Of a stretch of DNA of 14,958 nt, positions 8,428 to 14,247 are shown piece after piece (position 1 is the first letter of the stretch; the number at the start of each line of letters is the position of its first letter). The position numbers and the translations under genes are program-made. The stretch is from Candidatus Jordarchaeales archaeon. GTDB taxonomy: Archaea; Asgardarchaeota; Jordiarchaeia; Jordiarchaeales; Freyrarchaeaceae. A model generated the notes under the pieces. The model saw only the letters and a list, made by a program, of their open reading frames with translations. It was not told the DNA's origin and did not search any database. Location: positions 1 to 14,958 of the forward strand of contig JAWCFL010000041.1 in the NCBI GenBank assembly GCA_038858525.1, read 5' to 3'.

Positions 8428-8832
8428 TTATTCCTCCAATAGATAGTCGACTTCAACAGCCAGCCTTTCTGCCACTCTCTCAGCGAGCTTTAGTCCTTTT
8501 TCGTCTAGCGCCTTAAGATGCTGGATTCTAGGCATAAGTTGCCTGTTCTCCTTTAGCACGTCGACCACTGTTACGCTTACGATCGGCTTTCCCCCAGACT
8601 GTTCAATTACGCTTCTGGCGCATCGGTTGGCGCATCCATCTATGGTTATGCATGGGTTCTCCTCAACCAGCTTCCTAGCCTCTTCGTCCCCATGCGCCAT
8701 CCTAGGAAGACAGGTGAAGACCACTTTGCCGGGCTTAAGTTGCTCTGCTAGGATCCATGCAGCCTTCCTTGCAACTAGTCCGTATACTTTCTCTGGTCCA
8801 CAGCAGGACTGTACTACAACCTTCAAAGACAT
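8428..8832 (-). CDS. DGC-domain putative zinc-binding/redox protein, copy 1 (134 aa)
   Basis: VVVQSCCG...GLVARKAA, FTCLPRM and ITIDGCANRCA. Confidence 0.87.
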   Translation of the reverse strand: MSLKVVVQSCCGPEKVYGLVARKAAWILAEQLKPGKVVFTCLPRMAHGDEEARKLVEENPCITIDGCANRCARSVIEQSGGKPIVSVTVVDVLKENRQLMPRIQHLKALDEKGLKLAERVAERLAVEVDYLLEE

Positions 8833-9175
8833 CCCTTCTCCATTTTTTCTCTCTTTCTCGTGGCGGAAGCAACCGCCTTAAAGCAGCCCTCCTCAGGAGG
8901 AACTCATTCACATTCGTTAAGCTTGCAGTTGGCGAGGAAAATCATTAGCATTTGTTCCCCCACCAGCTGCTTGAGGGCGCTCAAAGGCGGGCGCTTCCTT
9001 CTTGATAATATTACTGAAAAATTGAACCTAATAAGTCTTATTAATAAAGACTGCATAAAAGCTTAAACGCAGTGAGGGGGGGCAAATCTGTAAGAGGCGC
9101 CGATTTTACTTGCAGTTGCTGTCCGCTTTCAACACTAAAGTTGGAAATTCCTCTTAAGGAGAAAAAATGGAAAGA

Positions 9176-9571
9176 CTATCTCGCTAGTACTCCAATTATG
9201 GCTAGGAGCCCGCCTATGAACGCCGCTGCTGGCCCGAAGGGCAATCCCGGTAGCATCGATAAAAGTCCTAAGATACTCAAGATTAATCCTATTACTCCTC
9301 CGAGCACAACGAGAACTAGTGAAGCATCCCGGTCGGATACGAGGTATCCTACGAGAACAACGACTCCCATTATCAGAACTATGACCCCAACTATCGAGGT
9401 CAACCAGAAGTCTATTCCGCCACTAAGCGAGGGGAAGCCACCTCTACTCGTAAAGGCAAAGTATATGTTTGGAACGAAAGGAGAAACGATCAGTAGGAGT
9501 GATCCAAGAAGAATGTGCCTCCTCGCCCTTCTCGCTGCCCTAGCTCTCTTAGCCGTTTTCCTTCTTGGCAT
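9176..9571 (-). CDS. Small membrane protein (about 4 TM) with an Arg-rich N-terminus (131 aa)
   Basis: GGAGGG SD 5 nt before ATG 9571; MPRRKTAKRARAARRARRH is followed by four hydrophobic Gly-rich segments. Confidence 0.75.
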   Translation of the reverse strand: MPRRKTAKRARAARRARRHILLGSLLLIVSPFVPNIYFAFTSRGGFPSLSGGIDFWLTSIVGVIVLIMGVVVLVGYLVSDRDASLVLVVLGGVIGLILSILGLLSMLPGLPFGPAAAFIGGLLAIIGVLAR

Positions 9572-9670
9572 CCTAACCCTCCTCATCTCTTTCCGTCATC
9601 AATTTTGAACAAACTCACTCGGCGACAGCTTTCCAAACCTAATTCTCACACACACTTAAAAACTTAGTTA

Positions 9671-9714
9671 TATGAGACCGACTCCCGCTCATCAAATCAG
9701 TACGGTGAAGTCTC
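9671..9714 (-). ncRNA. Candidate K-loop-capped hairpin sRNA (box H/ACA-like or C/D-like)
   Basis: The minus strand reads GAGAC-UUCA-CCGU-A-CUGA-UU-UGAUGA-GCGG-GAGUCG-GUCUC-AUA: a perfect D'/C' pair, two stems, an internal loop and an ANA box. Intergenic, with a T5 run just downstream. Confidence 0.35.
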
Positions 9715-9809
9715 TAATACGCAGCTCCCTAAGGCATGATTCCAGCAACCGCATTCCATGCAACCAGCCCAATTCACTCTCTGCATACTTCACCATGAGA
9801 AAATAGAGG

Positions 9810-9831
9810 AATTGCCCATAAATTGCCCATA
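9810..9831. repeat. Exact 11-bp tandem duplication
   Basis: AATTGCCCATA occurs twice, at 9810-9820 and 9821-9831. Confidence 0.9.
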
Positions 9832-9878
9832 AAAAGGGTTAAGCGTAATTACTGTAAAGATGCTGGTAACGTTGGATT

Positions 9879-10289
9879 TTAGAATATGCTGTGCGCGTCC
9901 ACCTTCCTTCTCCAGAATATTCCCCACGCCAGCAATACGAGGGAGGCGACTATGGAGCCGATGCCTATGAAAACGCCTAGAAACACTGAGATTTCCTGAA
10001 GCCCTGACGTTTTTAGAGTGAAGATCATCGCGGGGTTTATCTCGTAATAAATGGCGACCGTGACGGGGTTTATTGTCGTGAGTGGGTTCACGAGAAAATA
10101 GTAGGCTAGTACCCCATAAATTATGCCTATAACCCCAACCACCATGCCGACAACGGAGAAAATTATGAAGCGCGTGGCATACCAGTTGATCCTGCCATAG
10201 ACTTGCTCCACGATGTCCTCCCACCTGGGTATAGGGCGTCTCGTCTTCCTCTGGATAGCGCTCCTTCCTCCTTCTTTACTTTCCTTCAA
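9879..10289 (-). CDS. 2-TM membrane protein, paralog B (136 aa)
   Basis: Two hydrophobic helices; shares G-x3-I-x-YGVL-x-Y, F-x-G-x-FIG and WG-x2-W-x-R with the adjacent gene. TTG start overlaps paralog A by 14 bp. Confidence 0.78.
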   Translation of the reverse strand: MKESKEGGRSAIQRKTRRPIPRWEDIVEQVYGRINWYATRFIIFSVVGMVVGVIGIIYGVLAYYFLVNPLTTINPVTVAIYYEINPAMIFTLKTSGLQEISVFLGVFIGIGSIVASLVLLAWGIFWRRKVDAHSIF

Positions 10290-10599
10290 CCTTCTTCTCC
10301 TCCTTTGCTTTTTGAGGTTCCTTTCCGAGTTTCTCCCTCAGCCTTCTCCCTTCGCTTCGCATCCAGTATAAGCCCCAAAACGTCAAGAACACCCCTATGA
10401 GGATCAGCGCTAAGCCAATAAAGAGCCCCATAAATATCGCTACAGAGGAAGCATAAGTGCCATAAACGATGTAGGTGAGAACTCCGTAAACAATGCTCAC
10501 CGACCCAACAGCAACCGCGATAACACTCGCGACAATATACTTAGAAGCTATCATGATTATTGAAGTACTAGCTTCCAAATCTATCTCTTTAGCAGACAT
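10276..10599 (-). CDS. 2-TM membrane protein, paralog A (107 aa), with a Lys/Glu-rich tail
   Basis: GGGGGG SD before the ATG; two hydrophobic helices; same motifs as paralog B. Confidence 0.8.
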   Translation of the reverse strand: MSAKEIDLEASTSIIMIASKYIVASVIAVAVGSVSIVYGVLTYIVYGTYASSVAIFMGLFIGLALILIGVFLTFWGLYWMRSEGRRLREKLGKEPQKAKEEKKVEGK

Positions 10600-11037
10600 A
10601 TACTCGACCCCCCATAACTAAACTTTCCCTCAACCACTCTACAAGCCATCTCTTACAGATTAATTATTTTTTTATTATTTTATTCCAAAAGCATAAACCT
10701 CATTTATTAAAGTTTTGGCTACTTTTTGCTCATATGCCTCTCGTTTTGCCAGAACTTCCAAGAGGATAGTGTCATGTTAATCCTAACATTAGTGCTGTCT
10801 TTCTCGTACATCTGTCTATTCTTGTTCTGCCAGCGGTTTATCTGGAGAACCATTAAGTGAAATGGGGTCTCTTTTACGGGCCCGTTACAAAACATGTGGA
10901 AGGGCATCTTGAATTATTGTGTGAGCCAGTAGCTCTCCTTTTTCTCTTAAGGCGACTGTTGCCCTGTGCTCCGAAGCGTGTGGACCAGTTGCTTGTTGAA
11001 TGTGAAAACCTTTTAATCCTGACGTTTGTAGGTTTAA

Positions 11038-11931
11038 TTGTTCCGAACGGAAAGAAGATTCGTTGAAAGCCTGTCCTCTGAAAAGATGGAGGCGATGTTT
11101 TTGGGTCTATTTCACTTTAAGCCCGACGAGAGGAGCCTTCTAAGGAAAATGGCGCTCATGGTCTACGCTCGCTTCGAGATACCCTATGTGAAGCTAAACT
11201 ACTTCATCCTGCGTGGACCCTACAGGAGCAGGATAGGCAGACTGTTGTTTTCCCCCCTAGTGTACCTCAACGTGGCGTTAATGCTAGGCTTAGGCCAGCA
11301 TGGAAAGGTTATGACGGGCGAGGAGCTCGCAAGCTACTTAGATGGTATGGATAGCAACTTGCTGATTGCTGTTGGAAGCTGCAGGTGTAGGCTTGGAACA
11401 AGGGCCTGTGACTGCTCCATGAAGAGCGACATCACGATAAAGACAGGCGCCGCAATATACAAGGGCTTCTTCAAGGAGGACTACGAGCTGATTGACAAGG
11501 AAAAGGCTAAGGAGCTCATAAGGAACTTCAACAAGCAGGGTCTGGTTCCGATGATCTACGCCTTCTGCATTGCTGGGGGTTCATTTACCTCCTTCGTCAT
11601 ATGCAACTGCTGCAAGCACTCCTGCATACCAATATTAGCCCAGAAAATAGCTGGAGTACACGTCTTCGACCCCGGAGACTACCTTGCCTACGTCGATAAG
11701 GAGAAGTGCAAAGGATGTGGAGAATGCATCGAGGTCTGCCAGTTCGACGCGAGGCGCATAAAGGACGGAAAGCTCGAAGTTGACCCGTTAGCATGCTACG
11801 GCTGCGGCGCGTGCGCCCTAAATTGCCCGAACAACGCAACCATAATGGTTAAGAGACCCGAGAAACTCAGGAAAATCCAGAATTCAAGGCTCAAATCTTT
11901 CTGGAGACATGAGCACTACGAAGTAAACTGA
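11038..11931 (+). CDS. [4Fe-4S] dicluster-domain protein with additional Cys motifs
   Basis: C-terminal CKGCGECIEVC and CYGCGACALNC; internal GSCRCR and ICNCCKHSC. TTG 11038 lies about 25 nt below a GAAAA/TTTTAAT promoter-like motif; ATG 11086 and 11095 are alternative starts. Confidence 0.87.
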   Translation: MFRTERRFVESLSSEKMEAMFLGLFHFKPDERSLLRKMALMVYARFEIPYVKLNYFILRGPYRSRIGRLLFSPLVYLNVALMLGLGQHGKVMTGEELASYLDGMDSNLLIAVGSCRCRLGTRACDCSMKSDITIKTGAAIYKGFFKEDYELIDKEKAKELIRNFNKQGLVPMIYAFCIAGGSFTSFVICNCCKHSCIPILAQKIAGVHVFDPGDYLAYVDKEKCKGCGECIEVCQFDARRIKDGKLEVDPLACYGCGACALNCPNNATIMVKRPEKLRKIQNSRLKSFWRHEHYEVN

Positions 11932-12068
11932 AAAAACTCCCATTTTCTTTTCCTCCAAAATCCTCATGGCAGAGCATCCATCCCCCCTACAAGGATACAA
12001 AACCCGGGGGCTCTAAACCTTACGTCTTTAGCGTTAAAGAGGTCCTTTTCTCCCATTCTACGAAAAAA

Positions 12069-12434
12069 CTACGGCTTTTCCGGATCTATTTTTCTAAGAA
12101 GTTCCTCAAGTTTTTCCTTGATTCTCGAGTTGGAGGCAAGAATTGCTTCTCGCTTCGAGTTGGCGTCTTCAATTATGAGCAATCCGGATCCCATGACTCT
12201 CTTACTTATACGATCAGAAGAACGTATGGCATGCATAGCGATTCTCGCAATCTGGTTGAACAATTCATCATCTGTCATCTCTTTTTCAAATGGCTCGCCA
12301 CCCGAATAGAAGCCGCTAGAACTCGTCTCAGGAGTCATAGGCTCATATTTCACCTTTGCTTTCTTCCCTTCTAACGTCAGTGTATACGTGTTTCCAGAAC
12401 CATCTACATAGCAAATTCTTTTCACTTGCGCCAT
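12069..12434 (-). CDS. Hypothetical protein (121 aa)
   Basis: Protein-like ORF with DGSGNTY, YEPMTPETSSSGFYSGGEP and RVMGSG; T6 run directly after the stop; TATA-like tract about 25 nt above ATG 12434. Confidence 0.75.
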   Translation of the reverse strand: MAQVKRICYVDGSGNTYTLTLEGKKAKVKYEPMTPETSSSGFYSGGEPFEKEMTDDELFNQIARIAMHAIRSSDRISKRVMGSGLLIIEDANSKREAILASNSRIKEKLEELLRKIDPEKP

Positions 12435-13146
12435 AAACAAACTTAACAATTTAATAGCATAAAACAGTTACGAGGCAGATTACGAAACAAGTAACAAAAC
12501 TCGAAAACTTTGCTTAAAAGATTTCTATGAGAAAGTTTTTGAGGTTTGTAGCAATTCAAGCGATGCACATCGACAGAGTTCTGAAAACGGAAGATCCGCT
12601 TAAGCGCCTAATTGCGATGATAACATCAACCACATCGACAAGAGACCCATTAGTCACAGCGTCCTTAAGAACCAAACCCATTTCTGCACTTCCTATGGTT
12701 TTGACGCCTCATCGGCTGAAGTTGATGATTCCTGGTTCTTCAGCCATGCGGCTTCACAATGCCGGGTTCTGAAGCATGCCGGCGTTCCCTTACTGTGAGC
12801 AGGTCGCTCACTTGAGCACCTCAACCTTCACGGGCGAACCCAGAATTCGCTCTGAACACTTAAGCCTATCAACCGTTCATCCCGGAAATAAAAGTAGGTT
12901 TTCTCGTCGATTTTTGCTGCAGGCAGCTTCAAAGTAGCGTTTATGTTGCTTTAAGCGACTGAATGCTAGGAGCAGTTTGAATGCTCCAAGCGGATTACTC
13001 AGCGGAAGAAGTCCGGGAAGTTTGTATTCCCCTTTCATTTATGGCATATCTCGGGTTCTGATGGAGGTGGGTACATAGTATCGTGGCTGTTAAACCTTCA
13101 CGTGCGTTTGGCTCGTTGGATCTGGGTGTGGCAGCGTTTCGGCGGA

Positions 13147-13176
13147 ACATTTATGTGTACATTTACGTGTGCATTT
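13147..13176 (+). promoter_or_regulatory. Tandem 12-bp repeat, probable TA promoter/operator
   Basis: ACATTTATGTGT-ACATTTACGTGT-GCATTT with nested ACAT/ATGT inverted half-sites, 27-56 nt upstream of the antitoxin start. Confidence 0.5.
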
Positions 13177-13202
13177 GGCGTCTTTTGTTTACGGTGGTTG
13201 TT

Positions 13203-13516
13203 TTGACTCTTAAGCCTCTAGCTTTAATTGTAATGGTTTCGGAGGAGATTGAGGGAAATCCAGGATATTGCTGAGAGGGATGGTCTGAATAAGGCTACTG
13301 TTGTTAGGCTTCTTCTTAAGTTGGGCATTAGTGAGTGGCGTAAGAAAACCGCCTTAGAGCTTCTGCGTGAAGGTAAGGTGACTTTCACTAAGGTTGCCGA
13401 GATAGCCAAGATCCCTTTGGGAGTTTTCCGACCTTGTGAAGCAACGCAACGTTGAGTGGGTTAGGTGTGCGCCGGACGACGACGAGAAAGGGATTTTAAC
13501 GGTGAAGCAGGAGTGA
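13203..13516 (+). pseudogene. UPF0175-family antitoxin, two frameshifts
   Basis: GGTGG SD + TTG. Reconstruction: MTLKPLALIVMVSEEIE / REIQDIAERDGLNKATVVRLLLKLGISEWRKKTALELLREGKVTFTKVAEIAKIP / WEFSDLVKQRNVEWVRCAPDDDEKGILTVKQE*. Frameshifts near 13250 and 13417. Confidence 0.82.
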
Positions 13517-14019
13517 GACCTCTCGTGTTCAACTCAACCCCCCCTTATCTACATGGCTAAAGTCGGGTTAAGCTGGCTTTTTGAAGTATTGGAAACCGGA
13601 AAGCTAACCTCTCCACGGGTTAAGCGTGATGTTGTGGATGAAGGAAAGATAGGGGGTCCGACGCTGTGGCGCTGGATAAACTGTTTCAAAAGGGTGTTTT
13701 CAGGGTTTTAGCTCCTAGCAATCAGAGCTTCATGGAAAGCTTACTGCAGGTGATGGGTCTTCAAATAGCCGACTCCGAGGTCCTAGCTCTAGCCAAGGAG
13801 CATAATGGAATAGATATACTCGACGATTAAGTTGTAAGGAAGACTGCTATAGAGTCCATAGATAAATTATGCGGCGCCACACCTCCTGATCAACGGTTTC
13901 CAAGAGGATCATCACGAAGGGAAGGACGAAGCAAGTCTTGAGCGGGATGGTTTTTGCTGGCTGGAGTTGCAGCGTGGAGACATACGCGAAAAAGTATGGA
14001 GATGCTAGATAGGCTCTAA
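13513..14019 (+). pseudogene. DUF3368-type PIN-domain toxin, multiple frameshifts and a nonsense codon
   Basis: GTGA overlap with the antitoxin stop. Fragments: VFNSTP / LIYMAKVG...VKRDVVDEGK / DAVALDKLF...ADSEVLALAKEHNGIDILDD*VVRKTA / GWSCSVETYAK / MEMLDRL*. Lesions at C7 13538-13544, G5 13652-13656, TAA 13828-13830, and further shifts downstream. Confidence 0.82.
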
Positions 14020-14247
14020 GAAAAATGCCAGCAAAAACCGAGAAGCTTGGCTTCTTTTCAGCCGCAGCGAAACGTTAACTAACGTTAAAAATCGATGCCT
14101 CGCAGAAGGCGAAGAAAAGAAATAATGAGTTCGTCACGTGGCTCCTTCCCTTAGTTGGCTTCGTTGCCGCGTAGATGCGAGGCGTTTAAATCATGTTTTT
14201 CTCTATTTTTGGAGTGGAAAAGACTTTTCTTCGGTTGGTGGTTTTTC

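Noticed and set aside
552-8881. Many 60-143 aa ORFs antisense to or overlapping the ARH, aor, ADH, ATPase and DGC genes (e.g. 552-806, 1093-1485, 2268-2699, 3399-3788, 5542-5874, 8032-8442)
   Set aside because: Shadow frames of well-supported genes; Ser/Pro/Thr-rich composition and no motifs.
9072-10400. ORFs 9072-9608 (+), 9790-10224 (-) and 10203-10400 (+)
   Set aside because: They overlap the membrane-protein genes, which have SD sites, TM patterns and mutual paralogy.
10719-11029. ORFs 10719-10907 (-) and 10857-11066 (+), and a 14/17 repeat (10777-10793 vs 11013-11029, both encoding TNVRI on the minus strand)
   Set aside because: No recognisable motifs; the two TNVRI copies are in different frames, and a rough estimate says such a match is expected by chance in a window this size.
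12527-12772. 81-aa plus-strand ORF with a CBS-like 'ISALPMV' segment
   Set aside because: The resemblance is limited to a few residues, there is no SD, and promoter spacing is poor; left unannotated.
14071-14088. AACGTTAA repeated at a 10-bp period upstream of the NurA-like gene
   Set aside because: Short and about 100 bp from the TATA box; it does not match a motif I can name (SurR needs GTT-N3-AAC).
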